Shown: positions 38,947 to 53,832, counted from the first letter of the stretch. The stretch is 64,000 nucleotides of DNA from Azolla caroliniana (GCA_043228905.1 JBHGNT010000007.1:12276001-12340000); one strand, 5' to 3'. Numbers and translations are program-made. The notes: generated from the sequence alone by a model not told the origin.

Positions 38947-39017
38947 AATGGCGGTTGGAGTTTGCTTCCAACGTAGTTCGCTATGACCTTACAGTTGTAA
39001 CCGGGCGTGCCAAATTG

Positions 39018-39519
39018 TGTTAACCGTCACTGGGGAAACACCTTCGATGAGCCCACAGGCTATCGGTGTCAAGGGATCGTGTTACGTGGAAGCCTCTTCT
39101 ACACGGGGAAAAGAAAGGAGAACGAGGAGCGTACATGGGCTACAACCCGTTAGGCATAAACATAGCTCGATTTACGAGTACAGGGAGAATAAACAGATAG
39201 AATATTAGAAAACGAAACTTATATTAAACGATAGAGCTCCCAGTGATTACAGTACTCGGCTCTTAGCCGGAAACAGTTCGTACAGAGCTTGCTGCTAGGA
39301 TATTACTCTCGCTAAGAATGATCTAGATAATTAGATAATCCCCCCTTGAGGTATGCATAACTCGAGCTATATCGTTTTCCCCTTCAGACAAAGTTGAGCC
39401 ATCGGCTGATTGTGAGGGCTAAAACACGGCTATTTCTAGTCTTACCTATTTCCTCACCTACTCTTCTACCTAACGGCGAGTTTACATAATATATTTATAT
39501 TTCTGGCCTATGGACAATA
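39018..39519 (-). repeat. Gypsy E 5' LTR
   Basis: Matches 23874-24055 plus 29535-29840; minus-strand PBS TGGCACGCCCGGT at 39012-39000. Confidence 0.9.
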
Positions 39520-39876
39520 GTCCCTTTGTTGAATGTTGTTCAACTCTTAGCGGAGTTGAAGCCTTCTTGAGGTTGTGTTCGCCGCAAAAATCTTTCGTAG
39601 ATTTTCCCATGCCTCCTTCGGCATCTTGGCTTTGCGAATGTAGCCGAGCATGTGATCGTGAACACATGTAGCCAAGCAATACATCATGCGGCTTGCGGCT
39701 TGCTTCGATGTCGCGTATCCGAGAGCCGTTTCGACGGGTCGGTCGTTGTGCACTCCTTTGATGTAGCTCCAATAGCCTTGTTCGACAAGGTATTGGGGCA
39801 TCTTGTACTCCCAAGATGCAAAGTTGTTTCGATCCAACTTCTCGGTAGGGAGAGCGCTCCCCATTTGAGTATTCAT
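39520..39876 (-). pseudogene. Copia C gag N-terminus
   Basis: KLDRNNFASWEYKM..AKMPKEAWENLRKIF (Copia gag/UBN2-like). Confidence 0.85.
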
Positions 39877-40023
39877 TATGTCGATTCTTCTTCTTCTTCT
39901 TCTCTCTTCAAATGCGAGCTATGTAGTGAAGCTACGATAGCGATGAGCCGGTTCTTGGTCGTCGGCGTAGAACATAGCGCACGCGAATGGGCTAGATCGA
40001 GCTACCAAGTCGCTCTGCTACCA

Positions 40024-40417
40024 TGTAAAGAATCAAGAGATGGATTCTGTGCAGTGGAATAGATATGAACTCTGTGTGTGTTATGAGAGAGAGAGAGTGA
40101 GAGAGTGAGAGACAAGGAGTAAGACACAGAGAATACGCAAGGTAAAGTATATTAACATAGGAGAAAGACTCAACATTATACAAGGTGGGAGGAGGGTGCT
40201 TTATATAGTTACCCTCTCTCTTCATTAACTACAAGACTCATGGAGCATGGGGAATGTGAAAGCTCATAAGTTATGTGTCAAAGAATATGATTCTATGACT
40301 CATACTAAATGCTAGAATACAAAGTGGTGACATAATGGTGACTCTTGACCGTTGGAGTGTCTATTCACTCTCAAGGTGAGTTCACACACTAGACCAAGTT
40401 GAGCTTGATTCTCAACA
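40024..40417 (-). repeat. Copia C 5' LTR
   Basis: Inverted termini TGTAAAGAATCAAG / CTTGATTCTCAACA; minus-strand PBS TGGTAGCAGAGC abuts at 40012-40023. Confidence 0.85.
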
Positions 40418-40537
40418 AAAGAGATAGCCCTTTTACAGGGGAGTTTGTTGGCATAAAAGGCGACACCTTCCACTTTGTATCCTTAGTGTGATCACGTTCA
40501 CAAGTTAGGGCTTGATATATATAAGCCCAACTGTATC

Positions 40538-40578
<41 letters not shown>

Positions 40579-40599
40579 ATTATTGTCTTCGGAGGTCAA

Positions 40600-40638
<39 letters not shown>

Positions 40639-40681
40639 ATTATCGTCTTCGGAGGTCAAATTGTAAGAGAGAGAGAGAGAT
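40538..40681 (+). repeat. Short tandem repeat with (GA)n cores
   Basis: ATTGTAAGAG(AG)nATTATATTAT.GTCTTCGGAGGTCAA repeated about 2.5 times. Confidence 0.85.
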
Positions 40682-43249
40682 TTTAAGAAGAGAATAACGA
40701 GTTTCCATTAGAGCTTACACTGTCTATCTTGCTTCTTGCTTCCTCTCTATCGAGCATACTCTACTTCTTTGTCTTGTCCATGTTGTTTGCTTGACACATT
40801 ACCTTGCAAATCCTCACATATTCATCTACATACTATCTACAACATTCCATACAATTTCCATGCTTCATTTCGTTCTTCATGGGCTCTTGGACATCATTAA
40901 TAATTGGAAATATCGGTTGTAGTCCTACACACAAAATAATCACAATGAATAATGAGCACAAAAACAATACCATTCATATTTATGGGTAAGACTAACCTCA
41001 AAGTATTTGTGTTTGATGTTAGATGCTCTACATATTCAAGGGCCCTTCTTATGCCTTCATCTTCATTATAAGATTCATTGTTTGAAGTTGATACCCCACA
41101 CCCAACTTTGGAGTTATGTGAAGATGCTCTACACACAAGCATAGTGGGTGGTTATTCCATGCCCTTACATAATCTTGTGCTATCAAATACTATAACATTC
41201 ATTACGAGAATTGTAACATGAGTGGTTCATAGAAAATGATACCTCTATATAAAATGAGTGAGTACTAATAGACCCAAAATACACATGTACAAAATCAAGT
41301 TAAGACTAAACAAGTTTAAGTACCTTTGTATTAGACAAATTAGTATTACATCAACTCTAAACAAACAATGTATATATACAATTGTGTAAATCTATCTATA
41401 TAATGAACTTAGCAATGCATTGGTATTAAAACACCCAAATGTAGTTGTACCTAATGAAATTAGTACTAATCCATGTACATAGATCTATAAAACATGAATT
41501 TAGTACTATATCTATGCTAAAGTACTTCAATATAGAATGAAAGATATTTTATAGATCAATCATATATATGATGATTGATCGCTTCGCGCATAGAATATAC
41601 CATATAGTTGATGTTAATGTTAGTACTAAATGAGATACACACCTACTTTAGAATGAACTTGGTTCTACATCAATATTAAAGCACCTAAATACATAATGAA
41701 CCATAGTTTAAGGAACGAAATTAGTACTTAGACAACTACATACCCAAGTGCATAATGAACTTGGTTCTACCTCAATACTGAAGCATCTAAAATCAAAATG
41801 AACTATAGTTTAAGGAATGACAATACTAAACCCTAGACCCTTGTGTGTGTTTCACACTTGGTTGTTGAAGTTATCTCTCACTATAGGATTGAGATAACTC
41901 AATTCTCAACCTTTATCCTTACAAATAGCCCACAACTATAGTTATAGTTATGCTTGTAACAAACCCTCCCTTTCCAACAAAATAAGTATACATATAGATA
42001 ATCCTAAAGTATTAGCGTTGTAAAATTAAACATAAAAATACACATTAACACATATATAAACAGATATACTTACAATTACACATTAACACTAAATACACAC
42101 ATATGCAAACACATGGAAAAAACTAAAACTAAGACACGAAGCATTTCACACATAAAATACAAACACACCCACATTATGCAGGATTGTGCATGCACTTGCA
42201 CTCGCATATAACCACAAGAACATGCACACACATGTAAAAGTGCTCAAATGCAAACAAATACATGGTTACAAATAACTTTTTCAATTCCAAAGAGGACAAC
42301 CACGTTTTGGTGGACTCAATCAAGATCATCAAAAGCACAATGGCATGTCATCTTGCATACAAAAAATCCTACAACACGTCATCAACAAGCCATGTTCCTT
42401 GGTTCATGTTCTTGGTGGTCTTGCTTGACAATATTTCATGAACATGCATGCACAAATTCATGTGACAACGTAGTTCTTTGTTGACCCTACTAAGCACCAA
42501 TTAGCCTTAATGTCACTCACTGTTGAGCTAGTGTGCATGTCCTCCATTTTGTTACCACATGCAACTATCAAATGAGGTACTATGATCCCTATAATGTGAA
42601 ATGTTGCAATAATGTCAAAAGGTACAATGCTACTTGGCTATGCTTCCTAATCCCTTATCCAAATAGCTAAAGCAATAATGCAAGTAAAAATCAAGTTACT
42701 ACGATGTAATACCCTTGACTCCAAGTTATTTCACATAAATAGATAGATGATTATCACCTTCCTTGTATTGTAGTAGTAGGCTACAATTCCCCTAACAATG
42801 TTGTGTTCGCTACATGTTCAACATAACAAAACAATTGATATGATCATGATACAACTTGTAACAATGTTCAATGGCACAATAGAATGCCCATTGTTACCAT
42901 CCTTTATCCCCACACATCTAAGGTTCCTTTAATAATCCTTTCAACTATCACAAGGACCACCGAATGTTCTTGCAAGTTATGGTCAATATCATACATGTCA
43001 TTTACCTTGCACTTTGAGGTTATTCAAACTCTAGAGACTTATTAGTGAATTTTGTCCGTGTTTGGAAATAAACAATAGAACAATTGCAATGGGAGGTGCA
43101 TCAAGTGTAGGCATTTGATTATTTCACAAGTTATTATCTTTTTTTGGAGGTTGCGAAAATGTTAACTTTTTTAATATTGCAAGGGGTTGGATGATGTAAT
43201 TTGTAAATGTCAATCAATGTTCTAGAGGTGTCCTTTTGTTTGTCTACCT

Positions 43250-43817
43250 TGTTAGGATCATGACCGGCAATAAGCAGTTTCTCGTATGTATATTCAGGTG
43301 CAAAGAATTGAGTAAGATAGTGCACATACTGAAAACAAAAAATGAACAAGTCAAAAAACGCAAGTATTTTAAGGTGGAAAACCCGAAAGGGAAAAACCAC
43401 GTGGAGTCCATAAATCTAAAACAGAATCACTATATTTGGGAAGAGTACAACGAGAAGCTCAAAGGCAACAACCTTAAGCTCTCCTTCATTAGACAGACGG
43501 TTGTAGAGTTACTCACCCACTAACTCTCACTCTCTCTCTTACACAGTTACAAAGGCAACGACCTCGTCAATAACTATACAAATGATTGTTCTATATCATA
43601 ATGATTGCCCTAGGAGTATTTATACCAATACAACTTTTTGGGCTATTTACAGATATAACCCACAAGGGGGACATTAAGACTATTTACAAATATAGTCTCC
43701 CGAATCGGCTATTAAATCGATTATTCGATTTGTCGATTTTCGGCCTTGGCCAATTTCCCATCAACTCCATCTGATTCAACTTTTGCTCTTCCCATTGGGA
43801 GGGACCTATTCCCAACA
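43250..43817 (-). mobile_element. Copia-type solo LTR
   Basis: TGTTAGG...CCCAACA with TSD TACCT on both sides; shares TTTAA.GTGGAAAA..GGGAAAAACCACG and GGGACCT.TT motifs with D LTRs. Confidence 0.85.
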
Positions 43818-44316
43818 TACCTAGGGAGGAGAATGTTGTGTAAGTTGAAGTATAGCAAGATTGATCACAATCACTCCTCAAAAGGTATATGATGTTATGT
43901 GTGATCATGATACAATCACTCTCGACTTAAAAAGGGATACACACAGGGTTGCTTTTTCCGGGGACTTGATGAATGAAAAAAGTTCATTAATGCGACAATT
44001 AAGCATTATACTTGAGAAATGAATGGATGCAGAGTAGTGGGAGATATGTGGTTATTAATTCACAATCTCTCCACCAACATGAGCCTCATTGATGTAGGTG
44101 ATTGGGGCAATTTGTGTTCCTTCTCATGCATTGATCAACAACAATCATGAGAATCTAGATGTTGTTTACCAAGCCCTCTTTGCAAACTAAGCCACCCTTA
44201 GGAGCTATCTTTTGAGTATATACGAAACACAAGTTATGTGCAAGAATACCCTATGTTTTCCAATAACTCAGGAATGTCCCACGAAGTGTATGTATTGCCA
44301 CAATATTTCTCCTCTA

Positions 44317-44750
44317 GAGAAACCGAGACCACAGTATGTACATACATAATATACAATGTACATACATATGTATGTATACGCATACATACACGACGTGTCT
44401 ATTATGACACAAATCATAAAGAGGGATGGTGAGGGAATCGCGACCACAGATGGTGCAGGTCGCTCAGAGGAAGGCGCGTTCAATCTGCACCATCAGATTT
44501 CGATAAGATAGAGGGCGCGAAAAAAAAAGTTCTACAGAGGTCGCCCAACCTTGTCAGAGGTCGCCCAACCGCAGGTAAGTTTATATTAAGTTGGTTGCCC
44601 AACCAACTTAATCATCAACGCAGGTCGCCCAACCGTATATTTTTAAAACGGTTGGGTGACTGGTTTAAGCAGGTCGCCCAACCGTAGGAAAGTTTATATT
44701 GAGTTGGTCGCCCAACCAACTCAATATAAGATGCAGGTCGCCCAACCGAT
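44317..44750 (+). repeat. MULE left TIR and subterminal GTCGCCCAACC motif array
   Basis: Inverted match to ~63410-63674; about eight motif copies in 44539-44748. Confidence 0.82.
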
Positions 44751-47700
44751 GACTATAAAAGCCTAAAACCTATCATTATCTCTCATTTTTTCAAACGAGA
44801 TTGACAGGGTTTTTTTGCCGAGAAAGAAAACTATCATTAGGCGGCCTGCAATCGACAAAAGTGGCAATCAATCTCCTCCATCACTATTCCCAAGTATGTA
44901 CTAAACCCTATTACATCACTTTTTCTAATTTTTTTTACATGTGGTAGGAATAGTTGAGGGATTAGGGTTTGGAATAGTTGAGGGATTTTTTTTTTGTTGA
45001 GGGATTAGGGTTTTACTACATAAAAGGAAGGAATAGACTATATAGACGACATCTAATTATTGCAACATGATAAGTAGGATATAACATATGGGGAGATTTG
45101 AAAGTGAGGGATTAGGGTTTAGGGATTAGGATCATAAGGTATATGGGCCGTACCATCATTGAATCATGGAGATCATTGCTCACCATGTTTGATCCACACA
45201 AGAAAACCTAGATACACTTGTTGAACTTCGTCATAGTCTCATTCCACCACACCAACTAACCTAATCATTCTACCACAAGCATTATGATAATGATGATGGA
45301 GCTTTGGGAAATCTAGAGCTTGTATTTCTGTTTCAATATGGATGACACATGGATTCAGCCATATTTGCAATCATAATTTGTGTCATGGGTCGATTTTGGC
45401 CTCTAGCAAATGTTAACAGATTTTCTTCATCACTTTAAGGTTAGGATGAATGGCATTCTATTTCTTAAGGAACATAACCAAGCTTTGGTTTTCAATGAAT
45501 TTAAGTTGTAATGAGATCTTTTGACTAGGCAACAATGATATGATCATTTAATGTATATGAGATAGTGACAACTCAACAATACCTAAAATGCAAATTTTAG
45601 TGCTTGATATGTGTAAATGAATGCCATGGCTCCAATCGTGGCTGAAAGACTGCTTCTTGAGGCAATATCATGGTGGCCAGATTGCGTATTGGTAGCCTCC
45701 CAAATGGCACTGAACGTTTGACATCGATTCTTGATTGTCTATTCATGGATGAGACATGGAAACCCTAAATCCTTTTTTATTGAGGTGAAGACATGTATCA
45801 TTTCCAACATAATTCAGTAGTTGAATGCACTCTTCTATTTAAAGATTAGTTGATGATAAATGTGCAAGTGAATCATTAGGTAATCATCGTGCAAATGTTG
45901 TCATTTGCGAATTGTGTGTTCATAAATAACTTATTTTAATGGTGTGGCACATGGTTTGGTCACCATTTCACACGTTTAGAGTTAGTAATGTTTACATATG
46001 AATGTTTCCGTTTAGAAAAGTTTTGGTTGTTTTGGTTCTCTTTTGGATTGTATACATACTAAAAAAGGAACAAAGGGAAAGGTGTACAAGCATTGACCGT
46101 TTCCGAACAATGGGTTGTATATGAATCAGTGATGTAAACATATGCAAGTGGTGATGCTATATTAGATATACTTAGATAAATATGCATATGGCCACATTTA
46201 TGTCTTCAAGTTTTAACGTCTTTTTTTGTAATTTACCGTGAAACTTGGGCTAACAGGTATCCTTGTGAAAGCAAACGATAACGCTTTTGATCAATCACAA
46301 ATTTGTGCTAGCCTCAACAATAATGCATCAGTAACTGTAAGTTTTTTAATATAACATCTAATCTTCTGGTAATGCTACAAATGCAAATTTTATTTTGTAC
46401 AAATCTGTACCAATCTCAGCGACATAGAATTGGCAATGTTAAGTTTGTGTATCTAATCTTTTGGCAATGTCATATGTGATTATTTTTTATACAAATCTGA
46501 GCTAGGATTCACAATGAAGCATCGGTAATGTAAGTTTCTGCATATAACAACTAATGTTGTATTAACTCCATAACTCCTTCTCTACTTCTTTAAATTGTTC
46601 TTTTTTCAGAATGCAATGCTAGTAGCTGCTAACGTTGTGAAAGCAGCAACATGTGAAGTAGAATGCCAATACATATCGAGTGAAAAGGCCAAGAGCATGG
46701 TAATAACAAGTACTTCGTTACTTCCTACTATGTGTATTATTTAAGGTCGTACATGGTCAAACCGACGTCTATATTTGTATATTATGAAGAAATGACATTG
46801 AATTGTACGTTCTAGTCCATTCAAATTTTATTTTATCACATAGAATGTGGTTCGAAACTATACTTAATTGAGCACATAAAATACGTCATTCATGTGGGTA
46901 TTTCTCTTTGGGTTGTGGACAAATAAACATAGGGAAATAATTTGATCCCACTCACTCGCTGTCAATATCTGTCTACCCCATTACTCATCAAAATATCCCA
47001 GCGAGTCCTTATAATATGTGGGTATATGAGATATCGTTGTTTAAGACATCATATCCAACAAAATGATGCAATTATATTTATCTCTAATTCAGTGACCGAA
47101 ATGATTTGCTTGAATGGTGGTAGATGGCTTCCAAGTCCAAGTACAAAGATTGGTGGGATTTTGATAACGATGACATATATCCAACTCAAGATAGGTATGT
47201 CACTGGTTTAGGGTTTGATGCATGTATGTTGACTCGTGATTTGTTAAAGGGTCTTCGTTAGAAGACATTGGAGAAGTTCCTCAGCCAACATGTCTAAGGG
47301 TGGGGAGAGAATGGACCAGACACTAGCGGTTCATCTGCCTCAGATACAGTCAATACTGTTACCGGCCGGCAAAGGAGTTCAGAGTGTGAAACGAAGGAGT
47401 TATTTAATTATTAAGGAATGGTTGTAAGTAAGCTATTAGTGTGGACGGACGGACCGGAATCGGTATGCCGTTCCGGATCCAGACCGATCCCGAACAGGTG
47501 CGGATGGTATCGTTTTGTACTACAAACTGGAAACCTATTTAATGGCTTGGATACAATGTAATGAGGAGCGGTTCATTAATGAAGCTTAGTGTTTTTATCT
47601 CTCTGTGTTAATTGTCGTTCTGCATTCATTGTTATATCTTACGCGTGTGATTATTAAGGACAATCTTGCTAAGTGACCTAATTAAGTTGGATTAATCGTT

Positions 47701-47844
47701 GAGCCTAATCCTCTTGCCGTAACACCCCTTTGGTGAAGTGTCTTCCGTAGAAACCCTGTGTTAGGCCATTGTCCGGCCCTAAGAGTTAACACAGTTTTTG
47801 GCAACCACGATTCCTATTTTTGCAGCGAACGAATGCATGAATGG

Positions 47845-50800
47845 ATGACTAGATCAACGCACGACCTGGTTACAAATCGAACTCAACACCTTGCCGAAAG
47901 GCAAAGGAGACGTGAGGCTTTCCAGCAAGCGGCGCAGGAAATTAGAGCGGATCGCTCGTTTTCCAACGTAATCCGGAGTCCCTCGGTTATAGCAAACATC
48001 GCACCCGGACAACGGCAGCAGCCTAAGCAACCTCCGGGAAACCGAATCCCTTCTCCAAGCATTGGCAAGCGGAGAAGGCGAAGCAGAAGCCTTTTCAGCG
48101 TATGAATCAGATTCCGAAGGGGGATACAGCGTGCACACAAACTACTGTAGTAGCAACGACACCCCAGGCGGACCGGAGGACAAAGGATCGGACACCTTAC
48201 CGACATCGGAACCGGAAGTGCTAAGGCTGGAACCTCCGGAACCAGAAGCAGAGAAAGAGCGACCTCCGACACCGGAAGTCGAGGAGGAGAGGCCTCCGTC
48301 ACCAAAAGAAGAGGAAAGACCACCGATGTTGGAGACAAATCAGGAACAACCACCGACGCTGGAGAAAAACCAGGAATGACCACCAACACCACCAGCCCGC
48401 GCACCAATACCGGATGACGACATGTCGTTCCAGTACTCCAAGTATAGAGATGATCCAGACGCGGAAGCTCATGTTCACGCCTTTGAACAGACATGGGAAG
48501 CAAACCATGTGTCCCAGCGATTGACCCCAGAGGAAGAGGAAAGCTCTAAGATAGCGGAATTTGGCGTCACATTGGAGGGACCGGCAGCAAGATGGCGCCG
48601 GACGCAGGACCCGTCTACCATCACCACCTTCGCAGATTTACAAGCTAAATTCTTGCATTTTTTCCACAAGGAGGTGGACCAGATAGTAATGGTGGGCTTG
48701 TTTTATACCATCCGACAAGAGGAAGGGGAGAGCATTCCCCAGTTTGTCATCCGGTTTCAACGGATGCATAGTCAGCTTGCCCGCGCACCCCCGGAGGAGG
48801 AATTACGGACTATATTCCTAAATGCGCTCCGGGAACCCCTACGCACGGTTTGCACAGTAATTGACTTCCGCGCGAGTACCATTGACCAGGTCATTGACCG
48901 GGTGAGAGAGATGGAAAAGACAAGCTCCTGGCTCACACTTGGAGCACTCCAACGGGCGTTACTGTCCGATGAAGACCTCCTGTTTCGGCAAGCAATACAG
49001 TGCACAACCTGCTTGAATTCCAGACACTCGGCACTAGAATGCACTATGAGGACGCAATGTGTAATCTGTCAATCCAAGGGCCATACAACGGATAGGTGCG
49101 AGTATAATCTATTGAACCGGCAAGCACCGCCCGTCCGACAAATAGAGCCACGCAGCAGCCAGGATGAAGAAGAGGAACACTGGCGGCGAATGGACCGATA
49201 CCGACCGGCACAGGATGTCCGGTATGGCGATCGACGGGAGAATGATGTCTGGTACGGTGATCGGCGGGATAACTACGACCAGTACGATAGATATGATCGG
49301 TACCGGGATTACAATAGATGATACAAACATTACGACCGGGAGCACTCCCCCGGGTATCGTCAGCAACGGGAGGAATACGGCAGATATAACGACCAACCTC
49401 GTCAAGAGTACCGCAATAAGAAGAACTATAATGAAAAATGACATTTCAGAAAAGGCGGCCACCCACGGGATCCGGAACAACGAGCTTCAAGCAGCCAACC
49501 GGCCCAAAACCCCGCACTTATCACAAGACCTGCCCCGAGTACAACAAACAATGTTGAATCCAGCAATACCCGGAAAGCCTACTGCTACTATTGCCGACAG
49601 GAAGGCCATTATAGTAATCAATGCCCGGCGAAGAGCTATGACAAACGACTGGCAGTAAACATGGTAGTCCCTAAAGTGGCAGATCTGCAGCAGGTGACCA
49701 CAAGGTCAAAGGGCATGGCCAAGGAATGGGAGACGCAGGAGACCATCCGGAAGCAAGCGACGGAATGGGTGAAGAAAGCAAATGAGCAAAACGTAACAGA
49801 CTTAGAGCGGCAAAAGGAGAACACCATAGGGCTTGCCAACGGCAGTCACTCCGAGAACGAGACATGGCAAGCGTTGCAAGAATGTCAGATTACGCTGCCA
49901 TTAGGAAGACTTCTACAGCTCGTGTCGAGATTCACGGAAGGACTGAAGACAACCATGACGGAAGGAGAATCATCACCGGCACCGGTACTCTTCTCGAATC
50001 CGAAGGAAGGACCAACGATGGTGGACACCAACAGTCCGGTAATTACTGCCATTGTAAAAGGGAAAGAACTCCCCGGCACAATAATAGACAGAGGCTCCGG
50101 TGTGAATGTAATAAGCCTCCGAACGTGTGATGCCCTGGGAATCCACGAGTGGGAGCCGTGTCTGTTCTGGTTACGGATGGCCGATACAAGCTCAGTGCGG
50201 CCGACAGGATTAATACGAAAATTAGAAGTCACCGTTGGCGGTCATACATTTCACATCTCGGCAGTAGTGCTACAATTACAGCCACAAGGCGCGTACCCGC
50301 TATTCCTGGGGCGGCCGTGGTTGAAAACGGCACATATCAAATAGAATTGGAGGAAAAATATAATTACCTTCCGGCGAGGAAAAGCCAAGGTACGTGTACC
50401 AACACTGCCAAGGATGAGCACTGGCAAGGAATGTACACCGTTGTATGCAGAGTGCGTCAACATGCTAGAAGGGTTAGCTGACAAAGAAGAAGCTTAGTAC
50501 TTGCAGGAAAACCCAAAATTCGTACCCCTCTTCGAAATTGACATTGTCGAAGCAGTAGCACCATACTTACCGCAGCCGGAAGAGACTGAAGCAGAACCGG
50601 ATAAGGACGCAATCCGAGAGTTACGGCAAGCGCAGGAAGCATTGGAACGGGAAATGGCCGTTTCACAGCGCGTAAAAGAGTCGCAACTTGAAGAGGTGAA
50701 CCTAGGGACCACGAACGAAGCAAAACCGGTGCATATCGCCAAGGAGATGAAGTCCGAAGACAAAACGGCGATGATCACACTTCTCACGGAATTTCGCAAC

Positions 50801-53635
50801 GTGTTTGCCTGGTCATACGAAGACATGCGAGGGCTCGACCCTCAGTTATACCAGCATCAGATTCACTTGAGCAAGGACGCAAAACCAGTGGCACGAAAGA
50901 CTGTATCGAATGAATCCTAATTATGCCGCCAAAGTCAAGGAGGAAATCGACAAACTGCTAAGAGTTGGTTTTATCCGTCCGGTAAAGAAAGCGACATGCC
51001 TGAGCCCAATCGTAGTCGTACCGAAGAAGAATGGAAAAATTCGAGTTTGTGTGGACTGCCGAAACTCAATGCGGTTGGATGTCGTCGCTGGCCATGAGGT
51101 CTATAGCTTTCTAAACAGATTCAGCGGGTATAATCAGATCCGGATGCACCCCGACGACCAAGAGAAAACGGCTTTTGTCACCGAATGGGGGGGGTGTTTG
51201 TGGCCGTGGTGATGATGTTTGGACTCAAAACGGCACCGGCAACATTCCAACGAATCATCATGGAAATCTTTGGTGAATATATCCCGGCTTTTATGCAGGT
51301 TTTCCTTGACGATTTTGCCGTCTATAGCCGGGAAGAGGATCATTTGCAACACCTCCGTCTTTGTCTAGAAAAGTGTAGAGCGTACCGGCTAAGCTTGAAT
51401 CCGGCGAAGTGTGTATTTGGCGTGTCCAGTGGAACCCTACTAGGACATATTGTGAGCAAGGAAGGCATTGCAGTCGACCCGGACAAAGTGAAAGCCATAT
51501 TAGAAGCACCGGCGCCGGCAACGGCAAAGGCATTGAGCCGGTTCTTAGGCCAGATCCGGTGGCACAGCCGGATGCCCCGATACTTGGCCGACCTGGCTAC
51601 ACCGTTGCATGCCGCGGTACATCGAACACCATTCCAGTGGACCGACACCGAGGATAGGGCGTATAGGGCCCTCAAGGTACTATTGTCGCAAGCACCGGTA
51701 GTGCAGCCTCCGGATTGGAGTAAAGAATTTCATGTGTTCGTGGACGCCTCCGACATCGCAATCGGAAGCACACCGATGCAACTTACGGAGCCAAAGTGGT
51801 ACCGGCCAGTGTACTATGCCAACCGAAAGCTATCCCAAGCGGAACGGAACTACTCTACCACGGAACAGGAAGCTCTAGGGATGATCTACAGTGTGACAAA
51901 GTTTCGACATTATTTATTGGGAAGGAAGTTTTCCTTCCATGTAGATCATTCGGCACTCCTCTACCTAGTGTCCAAGGTGTCACTCATTGGTAAGTTGGCC
52001 CGGTGGACCTTACTGTTACAGGAATTCGAGTTCGAAATATTCCACCGACCCGGTATACAGCATGCCGTAGCGGATTATTTAAGCCGACTAGAGTTCGGAG
52101 AGACGGGCGACGGAGTAGCAGACGAGTTTCCGGATGCGAAGCTGTTTCGAGTCACTACGGAAACGGCAGATGAAACGGTGGCACAGGAAGACAAGTGGCT
52201 CACAAATATGCACCAGTTTCTGAGCACAGGACTGCCTTCGGAGGAGATGAACCGGGACGAAAAGAAACGCCTGGCGGTGCAAAGCCGACATTTCTGCTTA
52301 CTGTGAGACACACTTTACCACAAGGGCACGGACGACATATGGAGACGGGTTGTGCGCAACGATGAAAAGGACCTCATACTGAGGGAAGCCCACTGCGGAG
52401 TTGCCGGAGGTCACTATGCTGGAGATGCGATGGCCAGGAAAATATGGCAAAGTGGCCTATGGTGGCCAACTACATTAAGAGATGTTGTACGGTACGCAAA
52501 AGAATGTGACCTATGCCAACCAATGGGCCAGCCAACGGAGCAAGCTCGGATGCCACACCAGCCTGTACTACCACTCGAACCATTCTAGAAGTGGGGACTG
52601 GACTTTGTTGGACCGTTCAAACCACCGGCAATGAGAACAGGTAATCGGTACGTCATCGTCGCGACGGATTACTGCACGAAATGGGTGGAGGCCAAAGCCT
52701 TAAGAGACAACACCGATGCGTCAATGGCAAAATTTCTATACGAACACATCTAGTGCCGTTACGGATGCCCAATCGAATTAATAAGCGACCAAGGGGGGCA
52801 CTTTCTCGGCCAAGTAGTTGAAAGCCTGACGTCATTCTATGTCGTTGTCCATAAACGGAGCACACCGTACTATCCGCAAGCAAACGGGTTAGCTGAGTCG
52901 ACGAACAAAACGCTCCAGAATATCCTCCGGAAGATCGTCAACGAAAACCGAACGGATTGGGATACCAAGCTACATAGCGCGCTTTGGGCATACTGGACAG
53001 CATACAAAACGAGCATCCGAACAACACCGTTCCGGTTAGCGTTCGGATTAGAGGCGGTCATGCCGGTGGAATTCCAAGTACCAAGCTTACGGATCCAGCT
53101 ACGGGAATGGCTGAACGAGAAGGAGTCAGAGGCAATACGGTTAACAGCGCTGTGTGAACTCGAGGAACAACGACTGGCAAGCATCCTGCACTTAGAATTG
53201 GAACAACGGCGACGGAAAGCATTTGTCGACCGGCACAGGAAAGGAAATGAAAAAATGTTCGAAATCGGCAAGCCGGTGTTAGTATTTCAGACCCGGATGG
53301 GCAAGATGCCGGGTAAACTACGGTTTAGATGGACCGGCCCGTATTGGCTGACACGTGAGTATAATGGGTCCTACCAGTTAGGGACACTTGCCGGCGAAGT
53401 GCTAGGCAAATGGGTCAATAGATTCAGATTGAAGCCATATAGAGGACCGATGCCTAAGAACCCATTTGAGCAAAGGACCGACACCGGATCGGGAACCGGT
53501 GCGGAAACGGCAACCTGTGAGGGAAACGGCAACCACCAAGACGGAGGAGACGGCAAGCCGATAACTGGGGAGAATGAGGCGACGGCAAACCGTAATGAGG
53601 CCGGTAAGGGTCCGATAGGACCAACGGACAAGTAA
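47845..53635 (+). pseudogene. Gypsy G gag-pol
   Basis: Gag AEFGVTLEGPAARW, PR IIDRGSGVNV, RT FLDDFAVY, RH FVDASDIAIG, INT EAHCGVAGGH and FRWTGPY; stops and frameshifts. Confidence 0.92.
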
Positions 53636-53832
53636 CCTCACACTACATTTAAAAAAAAAAAAAAACAGCGAAGTAATCATGCAAAAGCGAGGTATGAACG
53701 GACGAGAGAGCGAGGAGCGAAAAGGTACGTAGTGGGCATTTAAGCGCCGCCACAGGACATAATGCTATTTTAGTACACGACGTGCACACGCTCGAAAAAG
53801 GCACCAGAATGCACAGAGAAAAACCATAGCGC

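Larger units (their letters stand above)
23874..39519 (-). mobile_element. Ty3/Gypsy element E (Athila/Tat-like non-chromovirus with extra ORF)
   Basis: 5' LTR 39018-39519; 3' LTR split into 23874-24055 and 29535-29840 by D; gag-pol and a third ORF on the minus strand; homologous to G. Confidence 0.9.
1..40417 (-). mobile_element. Ty1/Copia element C (outermost host of the nested cluster; 3' part runs off the left edge)
   Basis: Collinear minus-strand pieces: LTR 40024-40417, PBS, gag 39876-39520, pre-integrase/integrase 22957-22324, then integrase C-terminus and RT 1461-1. The frame GAIAYV|HIPDEKRQKLD rejoins exactly when element A is removed. Confidence 0.85.

Noticed and set aside
44949-45130. 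GATTAGGGTTT copies resembling telomeric repeats
   Set aside because: Few and dispersed within the MULE's AT-rich 5' region; telo-box-like, not an array.
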